A DNA stretch of 64,000 bases, from assembly GCA_964199315.1 (NCBI GenBank), contig OZ116701.1:22382001-22446000 (forward strand), read 5' to 3'. The stretch is from Orbicella franksi (Eukaryota). The notes under the pieces are model-generated. The model had not been told where the DNA came from. It saw nothing but the letters and a program-made list of their open reading frames with translations, and ran no database searches. This document shows positions 10,723 to 22,382 of the stretch, one piece after another; position 1 is the first letter of the stretch; each line of letters opens with the position of its first letter. Both the position numbers and the translations under genes were made by a program.

Positions 10723-13687
10723 GGCTGCATCCACTTCCGCTGGCTGTGGACTACCAGTTCATCGGGCTATTGTCAGGCCATTTGCCCAGCAGCACAGCAA
10801 ACTTGCCCCCCAGCCAGATACCCTTCGCAGTTCTTGTGCCATTTTGCTCAACGCTGGCTTAGGCTTCGCTGGTCACCCGCGTCGCCTCTTAATGCCCGCG
10901 TCTTGCTTCCGCTTCAGAGCTCCTTCAGCGTCTTGGCCTGCAGTATCAGGTGGACGTCTGCATGGTCAGGTGTGTGCTGCTCCTTTTTTCGTTTGTTTGT
11001 GTGGGGCTAGGTGCTTGGGGTGTATTTGGGGATTGGAGGTTCCAGGTCACCCTATTCTCGGGTCCCTCCATTCTCCAAGCACCTGGAGAAAGGTTTTCCT
11101 TTGGGTGGTTCCCGCTTCCAGGGTTGCCATGGATACCTCCCCTTCCGCATACAGCTTCTGCTTCCCGCTAACCTTTCAGGCACCAGTTCCCAAGCTCATC
11201 TATTTGTGATGAGTTTAAATGTGGCTAAATATGATTTAGGCAAAGTTAGACTCAACCAATGCAGTCAGCGGTTTCCCCTTTTACGGTACGTGACTTGCGG
11301 GGCGGCCCTTTGGAGATTTGCAGGACTGTTTCTCACATTGCATTGCATGTATTGTGCTGCCAGCTGATCATTGCTGATCATTTGCTTGTACTTTGGCGAA
11401 TCTTTGTGGCTTCTTGCCCCTTCCCGTCCCTCCCTCTTGGTTGCTGGTCTCTAGGTAAGTACGGGTCAGGTAAGTTGTTTCCACTGATTCAAACAGTGTG
11501 ACGGTGCCAGTTAGCGGCTGCTTTTGGGGGTGGTTCCCGCTTCCAGGGTTGCCATGGATACCTCCCCTTCCGCATATGGTTTCTGCTCCCTGCTAACCTT
11601 TCAGGCACCAGTTCCCAAGCTCATCTATTTGTGATGTGTTTAAAACTTAAAACTCCAATCAGTACATTGAACATTAACCCTAAAAAGATGTTCTGTCCTA
11701 AAATTGTTTCTAAATATTTGTTTTGTGTGGTAATTTGTGATTAAGTATTTGATTCAAGTGGCCATATTAACAGGGTCAAATTTCAAAGCATTATACAGGT
11801 TGGAATTTCAGAATGTGGCTGTTGACCGTGTTAACGGAGTGGCCGCATTAATGGCATTTTCTAATAAAACTAGTGAGACAATCTCAGATAGTGCAGACTG
11901 CAATTAATAGCTCTGACACGGTAGTCCCATAAAGTACTCACCCCCGCTCGGTTCACTTCCAGTTTGTATCTACCTTGGTAGTCTGCTAGGGCTTTTCCCC
12001 TTAGCAGTGAGTACATTTCAAGGTTGTATTTTCATTCAAGGTCCGAAAATTACGTACAGTTACTGTTTGTCACAACAGCTTTTAAATTTTACTCTGGTGT
12101 TTTACGATGATTTTCATTCATTTTAAATTCAATAATACGTTGAACAAATGTGACAATTTAGCTCTTTGTTCTAACTTTGTACCTTGATACTTTTGTTTTC
12201 CTCGCAAAGGTATGTAACAGGAAACTCTTGTTTTCTCCAGAACACACAGAAGATGAGCTTGTTTTGGTGGATAAATGAAAGAAAGTTAAATATCTGACAA
12301 AGAAATGGAAGAGAAACAATTTTGTTTTTTCTCAAAACACAAATTTTCTTATCACAGATGAACAAGAACTAATTTAATTATCAGATAGTCAAAGAATACT
12401 TTCTTTTTCTGTTGCCATCTTTGTTGTTAACAACGAAACAATTCAAAATTAATAACAACAATATTGATTGATACCACTGGGAAGCGTTTCAATGAGAAGT
12501 ATTGAAGGTAAACAGCGCTACTTGGCCAATATTATCCTGCATCAATGAACGATGTTACCTCGGTAATGGTAAAATAACTAAATAGCAAGCCATAAAATGT
12601 TTGACTGAACAAACTACAGTAATCTGACACTTCTCCATATTAATGTAGATACCATCTTATCTTCTAACAGGCAATTTGATTCATTCTTTGATACAACCCA
12701 TACTGTCATTGGTGTGACACGCCCACATGCAAAACACTCTCACTCGCCGATCACATAGCCCTTCCAACCCCTAAGATGAATTTTTGCTCAAAAATACTCA
12801 AGTTAAGGACATTCGTGCCCAAGATGTTCCCACATACAGATTTTTTTAAACTTGCCACACAGAAAGATAATGATCTACTTTTGCCAAAAAGACAAAAAAA
12901 TGGGGGGGTGACCAACTTCATTTTGGAGAGAACATGCCTGGAAGAACACCCTAAATCTGAAAAAATTGGGTTTCGTAGAGCAAATGTGGCCACAGTGTCT
13001 GTAAGCCCAAAAATACTGCAATTAGATCTTTTAAGTGAAATGTTCTCTGCCAAATATTGCTTAAGTGGAGCTATTAAGTGAATTTTTTTAACTTCCCACA
13101 TTGATTTTTTGTCCATTTTTTCGACAATGTGGCGATAATTGTAGATAAAATCATTTCTGGTAAGAAAAGTAGGGGTCACCAAACGTCCAAGATCATTAAA
13201 TCCACGCAAAGCTATAACAATGGCCATCTGCCCTATCATTGTTCATTTTAGTACTTTGCATGTGTACTCAATGCATGACGTGGTGTGTGAATTTGGGTGC
13301 GCAATAAGGATGCGCAGAAACAATTAGCACAAATGTCCTCAAGAGAACTTTTTGCATTTAATACGAGTCGTAAGTTTACTCTTTTCACACAACACAACGC
13401 AATAACACTACTTCACTGAAAATAGAAAGAAAGACGAAAAAACCTCTCTGACACATTGAAAGTCTGATTTAATTAAATTGCACTTTAACTTGGTGCCACG
13501 CAGTCTTCTAAGAACATTTTAACAGTTTTCATACTTTTTACCTTTAAAAATATCGGACTGAAAAAGAATGTCATAAAATGCCCATCAAATAAAAATATTA
13601 AACTGCCACTACAGAGACATAAAAACTGTCCAGAAATGAAAGCTTCTTTTTCGTGTAATATACTGGGAACAGTAGCCAATAACTTGT

Positions 13688-14090
13688 CAGCTCTAATTGA
13701 ATATACTCCCATATAAAACACAAAAGTGTTAAGTTACCATTTGTTACTAAAGATAGCAAACATCTCGTGGGAACAAGTGGTGACGATTCGTCAGCTCTAA
13801 TTGAATTTACTCCGTTGTGAAAAACAAGAGTGTCAAATTACCCTTTGTAACTAAAAAATACAAATATCTTGTTATATTTGCATGCAACAAGAACAAAACA
13901 ATCATTACCTGCACTTCATTGTAAATGTTAGAGCTGTTTCAAATTTAAATAGTCTCGTCTCCTCTAAAACATGTCCTAAGAACTAGAAGCGACAATTCGT
14001 GACCTCTAATTGAGTTTACTCCTTGTGAAAAACAAAAGTATCAAGTTACCTTTGTAACTAAAAATAAAAATATCTCGCTTCATTTGCATA
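13688..14090 (+). repeat. Three diverged ~80-bp direct repeats, probably subterminal repeats of a non-autonomous DNA element
   Basis: (ag/ac)ctctaattga..t.tactcc...aaaa..caa.agt.t.aa.ttacc..tgt.actaaa recurs at ~13688, ~13790 and ~14000. Confidence 0.6.
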
Positions 14091-17000
14091 CTACTAACTC
14101 TTGAACTGTTTCAAAACTCAAGGCTCATGTCATTCATAACTAGCCACCATTACACTGAACATCATGCACTCTAAAACAACCCCAGCCGATGTATTTATGT
14201 AAATGTCACACTCCGCTCCAAACCAGGACTAAAAATCACAAGCTGGCAACGTACACATCAGTCTTTATTTTTCAATTACCAGAGTCCTTATGTTTAATAC
14301 AATAAAACGCTCAAGACTTCATGTACCTCACTTAAGTTACCTTGAACAAAAATAATTTCCTTTTCCTTCAACTACAATTTGTGTTAGTTTTTAATGTGAA
14401 TAAGCAAAAACCCTGATAACATTGAAGAGAAAAGATTTAGTTTCATTAAAACATATCTTCTCATTCCAGAAGTAAGCAAGAACCATTATACTTGTAAAAT
14501 CATCACAGGATAATATTTTTTTGTTCTGTTGACCAAATTGTAGTCTCTTCGCTTTTCACATTGAAACTTATCAATGGATGCTGAAATTAACGACACGCCC
14601 GGAACACTCATTACGAACTCTGCAGCAATATTTAGGTTTCAATACAACACGCAAACAATTTGAACCTGGTCACAACCTCTTCACATTCCCAGTAGTGCAT
14701 TCTGCCCCCCTAAAATACAATCGATCCTATCATAGAAACCACATCAACTTGTGTTTCATTCACATCTTAAACCTAGTGGTAGAGCAGCTAAGACTCAGTT
14801 CAGAAACTTATCAGTTATTCTAATGGGAAAAGCTCACCCTTCATCACATGCTCGTAGTTATATGCCAAACACTATGTTTCTTTGACTGATTATCCAGTTG
14901 CAAATGATTATCAAACCCGCCCACAAAATCCTCAGCCTAACCCACAGAAAATCTCGAAGTAAGCTTAATATAGGAATACTTCCTCCTCTTTTATAGAAGA
15001 ATAAATATGGCCATTCTGAGCTGTATCGGGATCAAATCTTCTCACATACCATTTACTTTTACAGCAAGAAATTTGATTGGCTGTTTATAGTAGATCCAAT
15101 CTGATTGGTGTGACATACATACATCTCTCACTCACTCATCCACTGACCCGTCCATAACATACCCGATGCACCGACTAAGAGGTATTTTTTTTACAAAAAA
15201 AATAACTCAAAAATTAGTATGTAAATTATACAAAGTTGGCCTGGTCGTCCATTGTTTGGAGGTCATTTTCACATGTGCTTGTGAGAGATGGATGCAAGTA
15301 CACCTAACTCCCGTTTTAGAGTTCCAAGAACAGTGGAAGAAGAGTCTGCTTTAGTCAGTGAAGCTAGACCAAGTAGCACATAGTACAAAGATAAGTGGGC
15401 AGTGGGAATTTTTCAAGAACGGCAAAGGATGGGAACACTGAAATTTCCAGATTTAGAAGTTGGAAGCGTTTTCAAAGATTACGATTTTCACCTCGTGTGT
15501 TCTGTCGAAGACAATCTGGAGTACATGGATGCTTTATCGTTCAACTACTGGCTTGTGAACGCTGTATGGTATTAAATGCAGTCTAAAGAGGCATTTAGAG
15601 AGGGTGAAGGGCACATCCGCATTCAATCGTTTGGATTATAAGGACAAGAGGTAGACATGTGCATATAGAAGTGACCAGTGTTTGTCTTTATTTTAAATCC
15701 AACTTTTACGATAATTAAAAAATGTTTCACTGTATTTAAAAGGTTCGAAATATTTTGCCGCGTACTGGACACTGAGATGAAAGATGGCACGTGTGCTGGT
15801 GTGGCCCTTCAGACAAAAAGAGAGGAAAAAGAAGCAGTATCTGACGAAGACAAACAGTTGTTTAGGAGGAATATTGAGATTTTTGCTTTTGTTATTGTAA
15901 TTTTGATATAAACGCACATGTGTTTTGACATCAAAACACAGTGTGTTTTCATCTGTTGTTCCATTGGGTATCAAGATGCATCCACCTGACCAAAATAGAC
16001 ATCATTTATTGGCTGGTCACTCATGAATTATTAATGAGTTTGAGAAGAATGTGAGGAACAGTGTCAGCTAATTAAACACCTTTGTCTGAATAGAGTCCAC
16101 TTGTGTGTTTAAGTTTGTTTTTTTTTCCTTTTCTGCTTCTTGGTTAGTCCTGTGCACATTGTATTTTGTATCAATTATTGAAACCTACTCAGTTTTTGGC
16201 AACATGTGTAAGGATATAATTATAATAACTTTCGAAATATAGCAATGCATGAAACATACAAAAAAGCACAAGGTGCCTACTGATGAGTACTATTATTTTG
16301 TCAAATTTCAAGTATACTCTAAAATCAAATTACAAATATAATAGAAATAGTACAAAGTTTGCATTTGATACAATGGCCCAGTACTGGAATGTGATCCTAA
16401 CAACCAACATAAACAAGTCTGACAATTGAACAGAAAATGCCTTAACAGATTCAGTCCAGAATTGCTATGAAAAAAGATATTTCATCCAATTCACCAAGCT
16501 GATCCTTTGTTAATTCTCCATCTATAATTTTCCCATTCTACTCGCTTTCTTATTCACTTGATGATATCCCTGTTCAGTAATAAATATGACATATTGCGTT
16601 ACAGCACTTATCTTCTTTCCTGCATCTTCATTATCTATATCTTTGATCTATAATGCACTTTTTTTAATTAGCTTTTTCCTGTATTACTTCTAGTCATCAG
16701 ATGGCAAAGGTTTTCAAATTGCAAGTCTGACTATGTATGCATTGCATACCTATTTTATACAAGCTGTAACCTCCTGTGCATGAGTATAGGCTACTTGGAG
16801 CCTCTTATTAAAAATATCTTGAAAACACACACTCATCAGCTCATTTATGTTGGGACTCTAGACAGAATTCGACTTAAAAGGTTTATCCCTATTGAAGTCC
16901 ATCCCTACCTAAGGTATAGGAAAGCATTATCAGTTTCTGTAAAGGAATATCAGAGAGAGTATTATTTTCTAAAAAAATGCTATGTGATTCGATCAGGAGT

Positions 17001-20000
17001 CCTCATTGGTATTAAGACTCCGACCTAATTGCATTCAAGTCAGTTGACGCTTATTAGCTCCAAAGAACCTTTGATTTAAACACTTACATCATGCACATGA
17101 GGTAAAGTTAAGGGAGAAATGAAAAGGCTTGAAATTCAATTTTGTGGATAAACAGACTGGATAACCACAAAACAAAACCTTTCAAATCTACTGTATTGCA
17201 GTTTTTTTATTGCTAAGCCGTCAAAAATCAAACTGTTTTCTCGCAAAATACTGTTAAAGAAAAAATCCTTAATCCCAAGATGAAGATGTTTGTATAACAG
17301 GAATATTGTGTGATTGATCTTCTGGAAGTGGCAGCGCAAGTGCCGCAAATTTTCATCTTATCTCTAATAAATAATCTAAATTGCATATATCAAATCAAAA
17401 GTGCTAATCGTTTCTGGATTTCACGGCTTGTTTTGGCATTGTTACAAAATTAAGTGTGGATAATTTGCATAAGATAAATGCTAGCATTCTTGTTGAAGCC
17501 CAGTTCATTTCGATGAACTTTAAATCTACCAAATAAAACCACAGCTATTGGTCTTATGATTTTGCCTTTGGGAAAGCAAAGCAGGGTTTTTCTTAGTTCG
17601 TTGAATTTTGCAATAAAGGAATCTTTATTATATATAGATCTTGAATTACTTTTATTGTAGAAATTTTAAGTGCTGTTAAGGGAGTTTTTATAGCCAAATA
17701 TATAACTGGTTATAAACATGCCTCCTAAATAAGCTCAATGAATTCGAGTTTCAGAAAACATTGCTTGTTTTCTTTTTCCTTCCTTGTTGCTTTGGATCGA
17801 GCTCATTTGCACTTCAAGATATATTCAAGAACACTTTTGCATCAACAAAAAATCTTACATAACAAAAATATTGTTCCAAAACACGGGCTTGAGCCTGAAT
17901 GAATTTGTGTTTCAGGAAGAGATATTTTCCCATTTTTGTTTATTTATCTGTTTTCTTTTGCATGGGTACATTTTGAACATTTTAAATCCCCTGCTTTCAA
18001 ATCATTGCCTGATCTTAAGTAAAGTTCTTTTATTTTGCATTTGAACACAGTGCTCTTCTTTGTTGATATGTGGCCACCATATTCACCCTTCCCCTGCTCT
18101 TCGTCAAAGTCAAAGTTGGACTCAAAGATGGAGAAAATATCGTTCATAAACACACTCAGTTACCGGTAATAAACATAAGGCTGTACAAAAAATTTGCCAC
18201 TTCAAAAATTCCACTGAGTTACATTTGTTTCAGAGCAAGTCCTGCAAGAAGTGGATCTTGAGTTTGAAATTTGAAATTTGAAATTTTTTCATAATGGCAG
18301 CCAGTCAAGTGAAATTTGGTTTTAATCACCTTTCAGCAAGGAAGACTGGTATACAATTATGATTAACAAGTACATTTGCTGTAAGATAAGATTATTAATC
18401 TGAAATTTTACAATAATTAGTCACTGTTAAAGCTGGGAACTCTGCTTATTAATTGCAGATCTTACAACAATTATTAACAACTGGACCAGAAGTCAAAACA
18501 TTATCGGATAATATTTTTGTATTATGTGTTATCAATCAGTTAAAGGATTACATGTAATTATAAAAGTCTTACCAGAATTAAGATGTCCCTTGCTTGACTG
18601 ATTTTATTTAATACTATGCAACTTAGCACTTCAGAGGTCCAATCTCGTGGTAAACGTTCAAAGATACTGCAACATCAAATTCAACAACATCTTTAAAGAC
18701 TTCTTTCTTGAAAGGCTTTAATCTGGGTCATATCTCTTGAGACACAGTAAGGGTAAGAAGTCCTAAACTGCTCATACCATTCAACTTGTTATTTTCTCAT
18801 TTGAAAGTCTACAAAAAGGAAGTTCTCCAAAAATATTTTTCTTTTTGAACCTAACATGAACTTTTTTATGATTGATTTAAAAACATTGTTCACAAATTAG
18901 TCATCATTTTGGTACAGCAGGCGATAATGAGAGGACATCAAGATAAAGAATCCTATTGGATACCTGTAATGAGATTGAAAATTTACACTGAAAAATCACT
19001 CTGGCCCCGTGAAAGGTAAAAGTCTCTGGCTTAGGCAGTAGTGCCTCCTTTTGTATGCTTCTCACCCCCAGGAGTTCACACAGCCATTTTTTCTTGCAGT
19101 TATCTTTCACCTAATGTATGATGGACTAAGTGAAAGAGGGACTACCCATAGTCTACTTACAAGCCACACAAACATTTAAATCAATAAAAGGTCACACAAA
19201 TCCTTGTCATCGATTGGTCATTGACTGTCAATATCATATCACGTAGCCAAGTGTGAAAAAAAATAACAAAATAAAATTGTACAAGGTGATAAAAGAATAC
19301 TGCCTTAAACAGCAGCAAATAAGACAAATACATAACAATGGTCAACCTAAAATACAGTACACTGTACCTTGAAATAACTTTCCTCATTGGATTTCTCGAG
19401 TCACATTCCACAAACATTTCAGCCAGAACAGCTAGGCATTTGCAAATACTGTCACATGGCAGTTTGGTCCCACTCGCAACTTGAAGAAGACTTTCAGCCT
19501 AAAATATTTCACAGGTTTCATTTAGAAATTAAAGGGACCTCTGTGCTATCTTAAGTAACTTTTCCCATCAATAATTTATTCAGGCTGCAAAGAAACCAAT
19601 ATTTGGTCTGGCTAAGCAGGCTTTATCTACGATCTACTTACTCAAAATTCATTCTCCCTAGCCCCCAAAACATTTCCTAATAGCATGATTAACTAATTTA
19701 TAAACTGACATGATAATATTTAATCTCTTGTGGTACTTTTCCCAAATAAATTTTCTAAAAAACTTCACTTGCCTGTCGGGCAAGCAGAGTATAGAATTAC
19801 TCCGCCATATTTTGCATTGTTGTTTAGTTCCCGCCATTGGCTCGCATAGCATGATGCATTGTGCATGCTGTCGTTTAGTTTGCTCCATTGTTTAGTTAGC
19901 CTCATGGCCTCATGGCCTCATGGTTAACGCATAATTAGCTTGGTACCTTTGTTACTGCTTTTGCGTGCTTCATTTGTATTCTATTTCCTTCTCGTCCTCG

Positions 20001-20158
20001 GTTAATAAATGTGTTCTCTCTTGCTCAGAGTTTCGGCTCAACTTATTGGTGTGGTGGCAGCGCCACATTTCCAAAGAACCCACAGAGACAAGGACATCAA
20101 AGTGTTCTTCGATTTTAGCTGCCTCTCTGAGCAACCAAGGCGGAATTCGTGAACTGTA

Positions 20159-20535
20159 GTGATGACTTCCCGCAGAGCACCGAAACAGAGGTCACTTTCT
20201 TTGAATGAAACTATCACTTTGATCGAAGCGTGGGAAAACAATTTAAAGACCATCCTGTCCCTCGATCCGAACTTTGCAGACTTTCTTACTGATAGATCGT
20301 CTTGGGGTAAAAAAAAAACAAATGCTACGGCTCTATGTGGTTTCTCCAATGATCCTGAATCTGTTCCACTGGCAAGAAGAACGACTGCTGCTCAAAAGGT
20401 AACACATTTGGAAATGATGCTCAGCCAAATTGCGAATTATGCCCCTATTATTTCCCGGAACTCAACCATCAAGAATTCTACATCTATTAGCCGCGTTTGG
20501 CAAACGATCCAACAGCATTATGGCTTGCAGTTAAA
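20159..20535 (+). pseudogene. N-terminal gag fragment of an LTR retrotransposon
   Basis: [38 protein letters not shown]...[38 protein letters not shown] resembles invertebrate LTR-element gag starts. A PBS-like TGGTGGCAGCG lies at ~20051. Confidence 0.65.
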
Positions 20536-20720
20536 TGGTTAATTAATCCATTGGGCAACATAACAGACTGAAATTTCAGTCCGTGTACTCTCGTGTCCAT
20601 TATACACAACTCTTTGTCCAGTACCAGGTCTTGAAATTGGCCGAAAAGTCCCATCTATAAAACCAAAGCAGTTGTCCAGTGGTGCACCTTTCCTTGATAC
20701 TGCTTCAGCATGTAATTTTT
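20535..20720 (-). pseudogene. PIF/Harbinger (DDE_Tnp_4-type) transposase fragment
   Basis: KGAPLDNCFGFIDGTFRPISRPGTGQRVVYNGH, then after a frameshift RVHGLKFQSVMLPNGLI: the GxIDGT and YNGHK..H..KFQ motifs. Confidence 0.85.
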
Positions 20721-20766
20721 TATCACTGATGTAAATTTTTAATGTAAATTTTATTTTTAATAACAT

Positions 20767-20814
20767 TTTTTACTGTAAAGCGCCATGAGCCCTGGATATG
20801 GCGCTATACAAATC

Positions 20815-20880
<66 letters not shown>
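20767..20880 (+). repeat. 3' tail of an L2/CR1-type LINE or SINE ending in (ATT)n
   Basis: tgtaaagcgccatgagc...gcgctatacaaat followed by about 66 bp of pure TAT/ATT repeat (20815-20880). Confidence 0.7.
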
Positions 20881-21182
20881 GTCTGAAGAGCAGCGGGGGC
20901 AAGGACGTCTCTGTTCCAATCTGTGACCAGATGTGAGTGGGTTTCATAGATGTACTCTAAGACCTCATTTGAGACATATGCTGCCCGTTTTAGGAACCTT
21001 TCGTGTACTTTCTTCTCTTAGTCATTGGCACTAAAGTACTAACCCGTTTGCCCAGTAAACTACCCTTACCAATAGTGTGTATTACTCGTATAGACTCCTA
21101 GCGTACCAGGCGACCCAAAACCCCAAAGATAAGCGTCTATTAAACACCAAAATCAATCACGAATAATTGCTTCAATAGCATG

Positions 21183-22090
21183 GATACTGTTAGTACTAGC
21201 GTACTACTAAATCCATAGGCGAAGATTGTGCACGTACAAACGTGATAACGTACTAAGCATACGAACAACCGATGAACATATAGCCACAAAAATCAGAATA
21301 GTACCAGTACTAGCGTACTAAGTGCCACCACAACCGAAGATTCTGCACGTACTATAATACCAGCGTACTAAGGGCCACCATGACCGAAGACTGTGCATGT
21401 ACTAACGTGATTACGTACTAAGCGTACGAACAACTGATGAACATATAGCCGCAAAAATTGGAATAGTACCAGTACTAGTGTACTAAGTGCCACCATAACC
21501 GAAGAGTCTGCACATACTATAATACCAGCGTACTAACGGCCGCCATGACCAAAGACTGTGCACGTACTAACATGATTACATACTAAGCGTACCTACAACT
21601 GATGAACATATAGCCGCAAAAATTGGTATAGTACCAGTACTAGCGTACTAAGTGCCACCATAACCGAAGAGTCTGCACGCACTATAATACCAACGTACTA
21701 AGGGCCGCCATAACCGAAGATTGTGCATGTACTAACGTGATTACGTACTAAGCGTACGAACAACCGATGAACATATAGCCGCAAAATTCGGTAGAGTACC
21801 AGTACTAGCATACTAAGTGCCACCATAACCGAAGATTCTGCATGTACTATAATACCAGCGTACTAGCCACAACCAAAGATTGTGCCCGTACTAACGTGAT
21901 TACGTACTAAGCGTACGAACAACCGATGAACATATAGCCCCAAAAATCTGAATAGTACCAGTACTAGCGTACTAAGTGCCGCCATAACCGAAGATTCTGC
22001 ACGTACTAACGTGATTACATACTAAGTGTATGAACAACCAATGAACATATAGCCCCAAAAATCGGAATAGTACCAGTACTAGTGTATTAA
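21183..22090 (+). repeat. Tandem array with a 165-bp unit (~5.5 copies), rich in GTAC/GTACTA
   Basis: The marker gatgaacatatagcc occurs at 21271, 21436, 21601, 21766, 21925 and ~22040 (spacings 165, 165, 165, 159, 115). The unit has internal accgaaga.tgtgcacgtacta sub-repeats. Confidence 0.92.
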
Positions 22091-22382
22091 GGAACTACTT
22101 CCATCACTAAAGGGTTACCTAAAGTTCACAATAACTAAAAATTAAACAGCTAATAAAATCATAAATACATAGATGTAGATTACCAGCTTACTAAACTGCC
22201 ACCTATGAAGCGTTGATAAAAAGGCGACTTTTAATTACGTAATTTAAATGACTGGACATGGGTTGTCTACTGTGCCATCGAGCAGAAGGATCTTATAAGA
22301 TGACCTTGGGGCCCTGGGGACTAGAATGTGCACGGGTGGATTGGGACAGAATTGTTTTGGCATTCCTGGAGTGATCAACGAA

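Larger units (their letters stand above)
6398..11644 (+). mobile_element. Near full-length Ngaro-type tyrosine-recombinase retrotransposon (A1-gag-RT/RH-YR-B1-A2-B2)
   Basis: A1 6398-6589 matches A2 11220-11409; B1 ~11103-11219 matches B2 ~11528-11644. TTTAAA occurs at the left boundary, the B1/A2 junction and the right end. ORFs for gag, RT/RH and YR; no methyltransferase-like ORF seen. Confidence 0.95.

Noticed and set aside
10844-11501. Several 70-120-aa ORFs after the YR gene as an extra Ngaro gene
   Set aside because: They overlap the B1/A2 repeats and GC-rich 3' region, and show no recognisable hydrolase or methyltransferase motif.
12751-13239. 162-aa minus-strand ORF
   Set aside because: No domain motifs or splice support; it lies in what looks like non-coding interspersed repeat.
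21183-22090. Regular repeat array as a CRISPR locus
   Set aside because: Whole units repeat with no unique spacers, no cas genes are present, and the context is eukaryotic.
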